Made by a program: the position numbers and the translations under genes
Assembly (NCBI GenBank): GCA_028276785.1
Contig: JAPYVP010000001.1
Span: forward strand, 1 to 32,000
From: Candidatus Nanopusillus sp.
Lineage (GTDB): Archaea > Nanobdellota > Nanobdellia > Nanobdellales > Nanobdellaceae
Reading direction: 5' to 3'
DNA length: 32,000 bases
Shown: one piece after another, positions 16,719 to 23,206 of the stretch
Position numbering within the stretch: the first letter of the stretch is position 1
Layout of the letters: each line of letters starts with the position of its first letter
The notes under the pieces: model-generated
What the model was told of the DNA's origin: nothing
Databases searched by the model: none
The model's input: only the letters and a program-made list of their open reading frames with translations

Positions 16719-19004
16719 ATGAAAAAAATAAAGCTATTTGCATTATTAACTTTGATATTTAATCTTTTTAATATATATTCGCAAAATTATTCATCAACAT
16801 TATTTAATATTCCAATAGATCCAATAAATATAAGTCAATTAAATCTGTATAATTTGGAACAAGGTTCTTATAGCCATTTTTATATTTTATATCCAGAATA
16901 CTATTATTATTATCCGGCAAATTCATCAAACCAGTATTTAAACATATATTTTAATTCATCAATTCCTCTAAATTTTTATATAATGGATCAACAAAATTAT
17001 CAAAATTTTAAAAGCAGTGGAAATTTTACTTCAATCTATCAGAACTATACAAATTATATAAACCAAAGTATAAACCTATCTTCAGGAAATTATTACATAA
17101 TAATTTATAATAACAATACACAAAATGCATCTTATTTTTTTATATATAGTTTGACAAATCAATCTGAAAAAAATATTTATTCTCCAATAGGAATTTCTGA
17201 TTATGGTATATATATTAACAATGGAAGTATTTATGGATATAATGTTAAAACCAATAAAGTTATTGGAGAAATTTATTTAGATAATTTTAGTTCATATGTT
17301 AATCCTTTATGTTCTAATAGCTTTTTAGGTGAAGATTCAGGTTCAATACAATTAAATGCGATTCTAGAATTAAGTAATGGCCAACATTATTGGCTACAGA
17401 ATGTTTTATTAATAAATAATACTGGTAGATATTTTATTTTTGTTAATAATATATGGAATTTTACATCTTTAAATTCTAATTTATCAAATAATTTAATTAA
17501 AGGTAATGGAATAATAAGTAAACATGATGATAAATATTTTTATGTATATGCAACTGATCATTTTTCTTTACAATATCCATTAAATGTATATTTAATAATT
17601 AATATTACTCAAAACAATTCTTATCCAGAAATACAATTTGGTTATAGTCTAGATGGACAAAACATAAATTGGTACGATAATGTTACATTATTAATTCCAT
17701 CAAATGGTAGTATAGTTATTTCTCCCAATTTTACAGGTTCTAGAAATATTAAAAATTTAGAATTGGTTATTGGTGGACCTGGAAATGGAGCTTGTATAGA
17801 TATAAAAAATATTAGTGGATTTTTGGGTTTATATTATTCTTATAAAAATAATGGAAGTTATTATCTTACTCCAAGTCCTTCAATATTTAATTATGGTTTT
17901 AATACTGCAGAATATTCTTCAAATATTAATGAGGACATAATATCGCAGGGATTTGTAAATTTATCTGTAGGACCTTTTTATCCAAAGTATTTAGGAAATG
18001 TAAATATTACAAACTATAATATATCTGTTTATTATTCTTACAATAATTCATACATAAATCATCAATATCCATTTGGGATAATTTTTAATGTAAATATTCC
18101 AATATATATTTATCAAAACAACACATTGTATGTATTAAATAATTTAACAATAAATGGGGTAAATTATAGTATAAATTATTCTCAGCAGTATGTAAATATA
18201 AGTCTGCTAGTAGATAATAATTATAATATCTCTACAAACTATATTGAATATTATTTAGTTATTATAAATAATAGCATTGGAATAAATTTTACAATTTCTG
18301 GAAATTATTTAAATGAAACACATTATAATAATACATATTATCTTTATGCAAAAGATCTATTGAATATATACTTAAATCAAATATATAATTTTGGAAATTA
18401 CCGATATTATTGTCCAAATAACATAACGTTAAATATAAATACTTCGAAAGTTGTTGAAATATCTGATTATTGTTATTTGCAGTATCAATTAAATATATTT
18501 TCACCATTTAATTATACAATAAACAATAATACATACTATGGAAATACTAGTTTTTATATAAATGCAAATAATAATGTAACTATATTAATAAACACAACCA
18601 ATTATATAAATAATTATGAAAGATTTTATTGCAATAAGAACAATATAACAATAAATGTATCCTCTCCAATAAATATTAATCTATCTAGCTATTGTATATA
18701 TCAATATTTAGTAAATATTAATACACCATTTCTAGTAAATATTTCCATAAATAATTCTATAAATACTTATGGAAATACTTCTATTTTTTTAAATAAAGGA
18801 ACTGTAATAAATATTTTACCAGCTAAGTATATTGAATCAGGATTCTTTTATGATACAATTTATTATGAAGATGGATATAATTTTATTGTAAATCAACCAT
18901 TAAATATTACTGTACAATTCAATAAGAAAGTTCAATATAATTATTTAAATATCGGGTTGTTGATTGGTGTAATAGTTGGAATAATAATATTTATTCTATA
19001 CTAA
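16719..19004 (+). CDS. membrane-anchored thermopsin-family (peptidase A5) surface glycoprotein
   Basis: 761 aa with a Sec-type signal MKKIKLFALLTLIFNLFNIYSQN. Roughly aa 153-405 is collinear with Sulfolobus thermopsin as I remember it: SPIGISDYGIY, SIQLNAILELSNGQHYWLQNV, FVNNIWNFTS, IKGNGII, ELVIGGPGNGA, LGLYYSY and FNYGFNTAEYS. Repeated Cys-pair modules follow, then a C-terminal TM helix LNIGLLIGVIVGIIIFILY. Sequon density is very high. Confidence 0.85.
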   Translation: MKKIKLFALLTLIFNLFNIYSQNYSSTLFNIPIDPINISQLNLYNLEQGSYSHFYILYPEYYYYYPANSSNQYLNIYFNSSIPLNFYIMDQQNYQNFKSSGNFTSIYQNYTNYINQSINLSSGNYYIIIYNNNTQNASYFFIYSLTNQSEKNIYSPIGISDYGIYINNGSIYGYNVKTNKVIGEIYLDNFSSYVNPLCSNSFLGEDSGSIQLNAILELSNGQHYWLQNVLLINNTGRYFIFVNNIWNFTSLNSNLSNNLIKGNGIISKHDDKYFYVYATDHFSLQYPLNVYLIINITQNNSYPEIQFGYSLDGQNINWYDNVTLLIPSNGSIVISPNFTGSRNIKNLELVIGGPGNGACIDIKNISGFLGLYYSYKNNGSYYLTPSPSIFNYGFNTAEYSSNINEDIISQGFVNLSVGPFYPKYLGNVNITNYNISVYYSYNNSYINHQYPFGIIFNVNIPIYIYQNNTLYVLNNLTINGVNYSINYSQQYVNISLLVDNNYNISTNYIEYYLVIINNSIGINFTISGNYLNETHYNNTYYLYAKDLLNIYLNQIYNFGNYRYYCPNNITLNINTSKVVEISDYCYLQYQLNIFSPFNYTINNNTYYGNTSFYINANNNVTILINTTNYINNYERFYCNKNNITINVSSPININLSSYCIYQYLVNINTPFLVNISINNSINTYGNTSIFLNKGTVINILPAKYIESGFFYDTIYYEDGYNFIVNQPLNITVQFNKKVQYNYLNIGLLIGVIVGIIIFILY

Positions 19005-19005
19005 T

Positions 19006-19078
19006 GGGACCGCCGGGACTTGAACCCGGGACCACCGGTACCCCAAACCGACATCCTTCCAGGCTGGACTACGGTCCC
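19006..19078 (-). tRNA. tRNA-Pro (anticodon GGG), no intron
   Basis: The reverse complement folds as GGGACCG-TA-GTCC-AGCCTGGAA-GGAT-G-TCGGT-TTGGGGT-ACCGG-TGGTC-CCGGG-TTCAAGT-CCCGG-CGGTCCC-A. Its 3' end lies 1 nt from the stop of the convergent 16719 gene. Confidence 0.9.
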
Positions 19079-19105
19079 AGATAAAATATATAGAAAAATC
19101 AAAAT
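19078..19105. repeat. 28-bp perfect direct repeat, copy 1 (CAGATAAAATATATAGAAAAATCAAAAT)
   Basis: Identical to 20008-20035; the match is 30/31 if extended 3 nt to the left. Copy 1 starts on the first nucleotide of tRNA-Pro and fills the whole gap up to the stop of the 19107 gene. Confidence 0.9.
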
Positions 19106-19106
19106 C

Positions 19107-19967
19107 TTATGAATTTAGTAATAATTGGGGTGCTGTTGTATATGTTGTTGTAACTTTATATGATAATGTAATTTCTGTATTGTTGTTTGGGTTATATATA
19201 AGGACTATATAAAAGCCCGGACCTACAGATACTTTTTCATTTATATACGATCCTTGACTATGTAAGTAATATCCGTAAGGATTGCCTTTAATAGCTTGTA
19301 TTAGATTGTTTAAATCAAATACGAAGACATTAACTGAACTTGATGCAGATACCATTATGTATATTATTCCTGAAAATCCAGGTGGTACAGCAATTTCTTT
19401 ATATGTAAATTGATAAGGTTGTAATATAACACTATTATTACCTTGACCTAGAAATGTTAATATATTCCAATAGGTATTATTTAAATTGTTGTATTGATCT
19501 TTTAATGAATTATATTGAGATTGCAATGTTTGATATTGGTTTTGTAAGGTTGTATAATTTGTCTTTAGATTTTCATAATTGGATTCTAGTATATTATATT
19601 GAGACTGTAATGTTTGATACATATTTTGTAGAGTTGTGTAATTTGATTGAAGGATTGAATACATATCTTTTAATGAGCTATAATTATTTTGTAAAGAGTT
19701 ATATTGCATTTGTAATGTTTGATACATATTTTGTAAATCTGTATAATTTATTTTTAGACTTTCATAATTGGATTCTAGCATATTATATTGAGATTGTAAC
19801 ATTTGGTATTGGTTTTGTAAAGCCGTATAATTATTTTTAAGGTTTGCAATTTCAAGTTTCGTAAATTCAAGATTTGTGTTGGACGTAGGATTGGTAAATA
19901 ATAACAATGCCGATACTACCGCAATTAAAATGATCAAACCAATTAAGTATATCTTAGGAGATTCCAT
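19107..19967 (-). CDS. signal-anchored heptad-repeat (L-x3-Y-x2) stalk protein with C-terminal beta module
   Basis: 286 aa. The N-terminal helix is IYLIGLIILIAVVSALLLF. It is followed by 18 uninterrupted heptads with invariant Leu (L43...L162) and Tyr (Y47...Y166), then a globular C-terminal domain (VNVFVFDLNNL...GPGFYIVLIYNPNN). Confidence 0.8.
   Translation of the reverse strand: MESPKIYLIGLIILIAVVSALLLFTNPTSNTNLEFTKLEIANLKNNYTALQNQYQMLQSQYNMLESNYESLKINYTDLQNMYQTLQMQYNSLQNNYSSLKDMYSILQSNYTTLQNMYQTLQSQYNILESNYENLKTNYTTLQNQYQTLQSQYNSLKDQYNNLNNTYWNILTFLGQGNNSVILQPYQFTYKEIAVPPGFSGIIYIMVSASSSVNVFVFDLNNLIQAIKGNPYGYYLHSQGSYINEKVSVGPGFYIVLIYNPNNNTEITLSYKVTTTYTTAPQLLLNS
19464..19841 (-). repeat. 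coding tandem repeat, 18 x 21 bp, with a higher-order 189-bp duplication
   Basis: The 21-bp periodicity encodes LQNQYQM/LQSQYNM/LESNYES/LKINYTD... units. The segment from about 19564 recurs from about 19753, an offset of 189 bp, with about 4 mismatches in the first ~47 bp. Confidence 0.85.
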
Positions 19968-20007
19968 ATTAAAATGGTACCAATGTTGAATTTTTTAAGT
20001 ATTATCT

Positions 20008-20035
20008 CAGATAAAATATATAGAAAAATCAAAAT
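20008..20035. repeat. 28-bp perfect direct repeat, copy 2
   Basis: Identical to 19078-19105. Copy 2 includes the last codons and the TGA stop (complement of 20029-20031) of the ICMT-family gene. Confidence 0.9.
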
Positions 20036-20619
20036 ATATAAGGAATAAATCTAAAAGTTTCTTTCATATATTCTTCATATTCCTTTCCAAATTTTTCCAA
20101 CATATATTTTTCTTCCGGAACTACTTCTCCAAAATACACCATTAATGATACAATGAAAGCTCCCAATATTCCCAATAAACTATATGTTACAAAACCAAGT
20201 CCAAAGAATATTAATATTTCTCCCAAATATCCTGGATGTCTTATATATTTATATATCCCATTTTTAATTATCTTTTGACCTTCAACAGTTCCAATAGATG
20301 GTAAATAATATTTTCCAAGGGTTGCTTCAGCAACACCTTGTAATACTAATCCTAGTATAAATAATATGAACCCAATACTATAACCCAAATTATAATCGAA
20401 CAGTGAAAAATTATAATAATAGTCTATTGATGCTAATATCACTATAAGCGTCATTCCAACAAGTACATATAATATAAAACCTACCAGAGAATATAATTTT
20501 AGCTCCATTATTTTTCCTTTTTCCCCTTTTATTAATATGAATGGCAATATTAGTCCAACTATTATTTCTGTTACTATAAAAAGAAACAAATATTCTTGTA
20601 TGCCATAGTTTATTATCAT
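20029..20619 (-). CDS. isoprenylcysteine carboxyl methyltransferase (ICMT/PEMT) family membrane methyltransferase
   Basis: 196 aa and multi-pass. The C-terminal motif block is IYKYIRHPGYLGEILIFFGLGF...EEKYMLEKFGKEYEEYMKETFRFIP, containing the RHPxYxG and EE signatures of this family. Confidence 0.8.
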   Translation of the reverse strand: MIINYGIQEYLFLFIVTEIIVGLILPFILIKGEKGKIMELKLYSLVGFILYVLVGMTLIVILASIDYYYNFSLFDYNLGYSIGFILFILGLVLQGVAEATLGKYYLPSIGTVEGQKIIKNGIYKYIRHPGYLGEILIFFGLGFVTYSLLGILGAFIVSLMVYFGEVVPEEKYMLEKFGKEYEEYMKETFRFIPYIF

Positions 20620-20815
20620 TTTAATATTTTAGTATTTTTAAAATATAAATTTATGCTATCAACAAATTCGAACTAAAACTTCCAGTTGTAATCATTAGTT
20701 TGTGACAACTATGTAGGTTAATAGTGAGGATGATTTTTGCTGTAGTTAGGAAAAATATGCTGTTGTCACTAAATTATAATGGAAATGCCATTATATTATT
20801 TGTGTTATAGACAAA

Positions 20816-21208
20816 TCACTGTTCGGTAGTATTAGATAATGTTATAAACGGTATTGTTGGTGTATATACAATTGTTATATTACCATTTATATATGTATAT
20901 TGTGCATCTGGGAGTACATTGCTAATTACTAAATAATAGCCACCGTTGGATAATTGATATGTATCTAACAAAATTTCTATGTTAAATGTTGTTGATTTAC
21001 CACCATAATAATATGCAGGTCCTATAAATGACCATGCTTCTTGTTGATATAGATTTCTAAAATAATTAAATTGGGCTGGTGTGAATAAGAATAACTTAAC
21101 AGGGCTTGTTGATCTAAGGTTTATGGTCAATTTCACATATTTGTCATTTTGTTGGTAAGTTATATTGTATTGGTAGATATACATAATATTGTTGAGGAAG
21201 ATCTTCAT
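20816..21208 (-). CDS. beta-module ORF, possibly the frameshifted C-terminal part of the upstream CAP-like gene
   Basis: 130-aa ORF that overlaps the 3' end of 21144-22157 by 65 nt in another frame on the same strand. It has no anchor or signal of its own. It carries the VKLFLFTPAQFNYF...YYYGGK...GGYYLVISN module also seen in the 16719 and 19107 proteins. Confidence 0.5.
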   Translation of the reverse strand: MKIFLNNIMYIYQYNITYQQNDKYVKLTINLRSTSPVKLFLFTPAQFNYFRNLYQQEAWSFIGPAYYYGGKSTTFNIEILLDTYQLSNGGYYLVISNVLPDAQYTYINGNITIVYTPTIPFITLSNTTEQ

Positions 21209-22157
21209 TAATTACCGATACTGGTAGTGTTATAGGCCCATTGCACCAGTTACTTAATTCAATTACTAACCAAGTATTGTTTTCAAGTTCTGTCGAACAT
21301 CCATATGACTGAAAATACTTTGGTATATTTATGTCTGGACCTGGTATTTCAGTTACCGGACAAGAACCAATAATTGCATAAGTTGGCCCGTAGCCAATAT
21401 AATATCCATAATATGTATAATTGCTATCTATTAAACCTTCCCAATGAATTGGAGCCTTTGATTGTAGGACCTGTACATACTCACTCGGTGTATAGTCACT
21501 TGGGTACAGACCTTCCTCACCAATAATGAGGAAGTTTTGGTATTGGCTTAGGTATTCACTAAAATCCTGGTCAAAGCCGTAGTGGCTTATTGAGGGGTTC
21601 TGGATCATTGTTTTAAATCTGATATAAGCAAATTCATCTAGCCAAGGACAATATTGTAGTGGCGGAGCATCAATTGACTGTCTATACTGATTTACAATGC
21701 TAAAGAATTGGAAAACCCATGTTGAATTTATTGTAGATTGTTTATATGTGATTGTTGATTGTATGGTTGTTGAAATATTGTTAATGCTCGTTTGTAAAAT
21801 TTGTAGTATTTGTTTTATATATGGGAGATAATAAATGACTATAATTATTATTAACAAAACTATTATGATGCGAGTAATAATTTTATGAATTCTAAATCTT
21901 TTAGGTCTATCTTTACTTCCATCATTATACCAGTATTCATATTTTTTATATTTGTAATTATCCCAGTCATCTTCATAGTTTGATAAATATATATATTCTC
22001 TTACTTTACGATCTTTTCTATTAATCTTAGGTTGTTTATAGAAAATATAAAACCATAATATAATTATTTGTTTGATATTTAGGAATATTTTACTTATTAA
22101 CTTTTCAATATTTTTTATATAATCTAAATAATTAGTATTGATGGTTTTATTTTGCAT
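21144..22157 (-). CDS. membrane-anchored CAP/SCP (YkwD-like) domain protein, tentative
   Basis: 337 aa with a basic, Tyr-rich cytoplasmic head and a TM helix IITRIIIVLLIIIIVIYYL. The ectodomain has a spacing like CAP domains: FSIVNQYRQSIDAPPLQY..LDEFAYIRFKTMIQNPSISHYGF...IGEEG...APIHWEGLIDSNYTYYGYYIG. Confidence 0.65.
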   Translation of the reverse strand: MQNKTINTNYLDYIKNIEKLISKIFLNIKQIIILWFYIFYKQPKINRKDRKVREYIYLSNYEDDWDNYKYKKYEYWYNDGSKDRPKRFRIHKIITRIIIVLLIIIIVIYYLPYIKQILQILQTSINNISTTIQSTITYKQSTINSTWVFQFFSIVNQYRQSIDAPPLQYCPWLDEFAYIRFKTMIQNPSISHYGFDQDFSEYLSQYQNFLIIGEEGLYPSDYTPSEYVQVLQSKAPIHWEGLIDSNYTYYGYYIGYGPTYAIIGSCPVTEIPGPDINIPKYFQSYGCSTELENNTWLVIELSNWCNGPITLPVSVINEDLPQQYYVYLPIQYNLPTK

Positions 22158-22219
22158 TAAATTATAATATTATTAAATTTTAAATATATTTATAATGTGA
22201 AAAATTAAATGAAAAAACA

Positions 22220-22291
22220 TGCCACCGCCGGGATTTGAACCCGGGACCTCTACCTTACCAGGGTAGCGCTCTACCGCTGAGCTACGGTGGC
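22220..22291 (-). tRNA. tRNA-Thr (anticodon GGU), no intron
   Basis: The reverse complement folds as GCCACCG-TA-GCTC-AGCGGTA-GAGC-G-CTACC-CTGGTAA-GGTAG-AGGTC-CCGGG-TTCAAAT-CCCGG-CGGTGGC-A. Its first G is the last base of the TAG stop of the upstream gene. Confidence 0.9.
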
Positions 22292-23205
22292 TATTTTCCT
22301 ATCTTTTTTGATATAATATTTATATATTGTGGATTTATACTATAAATATATTCGTTATTATCTACTTCTCTTATTAATATACCTTGTTTATACATTTTAT
22401 TCAAATATTTTGATACAGTGTTTCTTGGAAGATTTAATATTCTTGATATATCCTTTGAAGACATTTTGTTTTTATATAATATCTCTAAGATCATTTTTTG
22501 TGTGTTAGACAATTTTATTTCATTTTCTAAATTCTTTATTTCTTTCAAATCTTTATTTATGTTATCTATTCCCCCTTCTAAAAGGTTACTTAATTCAATA
22601 AATATTTGCCTAACATTATTATTATTCTTTCTTATTAAATTTCTTAATATTCTTTCATCTAAATTTACCCTTCCTTTTAATTTTTTATTTATTAATTTTA
22701 ATATTTCATCTTCTGGAGGGAATTTCATTTCTATCTTTCTATATAGTCTATTTAAGAAAGATAGGGTAGCATTCATTATTTGCGGAGATGGTTGAATTAA
22801 CATTATTGAATAAACAATCCTATTATCATATAAATATTTTAGTTTTTTAGATACATCCTCTGGAAAATTATAATATTCATCCAATATCAATACTATGGGT
22901 AGCTTATTTTCAAATTTAAAGAATAAAAACTTATTATATTTATTTTTTTCTATTATTTCTTCCAAATCTTTATCTCTTTCATATTCTCCATTTATATATA
23001 TTACATTATATCTATCTGATAGATCTCTTTTAATTTTAAATGCTAAAGAAGTTTTTCCAGAACCAATTGGTCCATATAATAGAAATATTTCGCCATTTAT
23101 TATAGAATCTTTTACTTTTTTTATTATATCATCTACCCCAACCAAATCTTCATTTGGTCTTATATCTAAAGGATTTTTAGAGAAACCGTATTTTTTCCAC
23201 CACAT
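22291..23205 (-). CDS. AAA+ ATPase with C-terminal winged-helix DNA-binding domain (miniature Orc1/Cdc6-like or archaeal-ATPase-like architecture)
   Basis: 304 aa. Walker A is LYGPIGSGKTS and Walker B is VLILDEY. The C-terminal segment is LSNTQKMILEILYKNKMSSKDISRILNLPRNTVSKYLNKMYKQGILIRE (HTH plus wing). Confidence 0.75.
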   Translation of the reverse strand: MWWKKYGFSKNPLDIRPNEDLVGVDDIIKKVKDSIINGEIFLLYGPIGSGKTSLAFKIKRDLSDRYNVIYINGEYERDKDLEEIIEKNKYNKFLFFKFENKLPIVLILDEYYNFPEDVSKKLKYLYDNRIVYSIMLIQPSPQIMNATLSFLNRLYRKIEMKFPPEDEILKLINKKLKGRVNLDERILRNLIRKNNNNVRQIFIELSNLLEGGIDNINKDLKEIKNLENEIKLSNTQKMILEILYKNKMSSKDISRILNLPRNTVSKYLNKMYKQGILIREVDNNEYIYSINPQYINIISKKIGK

Positions 23206-23206
23206 C

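Noticed and set aside
14868-18507. ORFs 14868-15098 (+), 15658-15891 (+) and 18289-18507 (-)
   Set aside because: They are antisense shadows inside longer ORFs that have better composition and context.
19454-19840. 128-aa plus-strand ORF in the supplied track
   Set aside because: It is the antisense shadow of the 21-bp coding repeat of the heptad-stalk gene. Its own periodic sequence simply mirrors that repeat. It has no independent start context, and the minus-strand gene has a coherent architecture of anchor, stalk and domain.
19464-19841. Regularly spaced short repeats that could be mistaken for a CRISPR array or a non-coding satellite
   Set aside because: The period is 21 bp with no unique spacers. 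The repeats are in frame and encode perfect heptads inside a long ORF. No cas genes or leader are present.
20620-20815. C/D-box sRNA or split-tRNA half in the long intergenic region
   Set aside because: Neither strand has a TGATGA (C box) plus CTGA (D box) pair. There is no GC-rich stem comparable to the tRNA genes and no tRNA-like T arm. Only two modest inverted repeats remain, and these are reported as a low-interest finding.
14618-22291. tRNA introns, permuted tRNAs or split tRNA halves of the kind known from Nanoarchaeum
   Set aside because: All four tRNAs fold as continuous cloverleaves with 7-nt anticodon loops and intact acceptor stems. No orphan half-tRNA-like GC islands were seen elsewhere in the window.
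22158-23206. Replication origin next to the Orc1/Cdc6-like AAA+/wHTH gene
   Set aside because: There is essentially no non-coding DNA on the upstream side: a 1-nt gap to the GDE gene. The downstream 62-bp gap after tRNA-Thr shows no ORB-like inverted repeats flanking an unwinding element that I could see.
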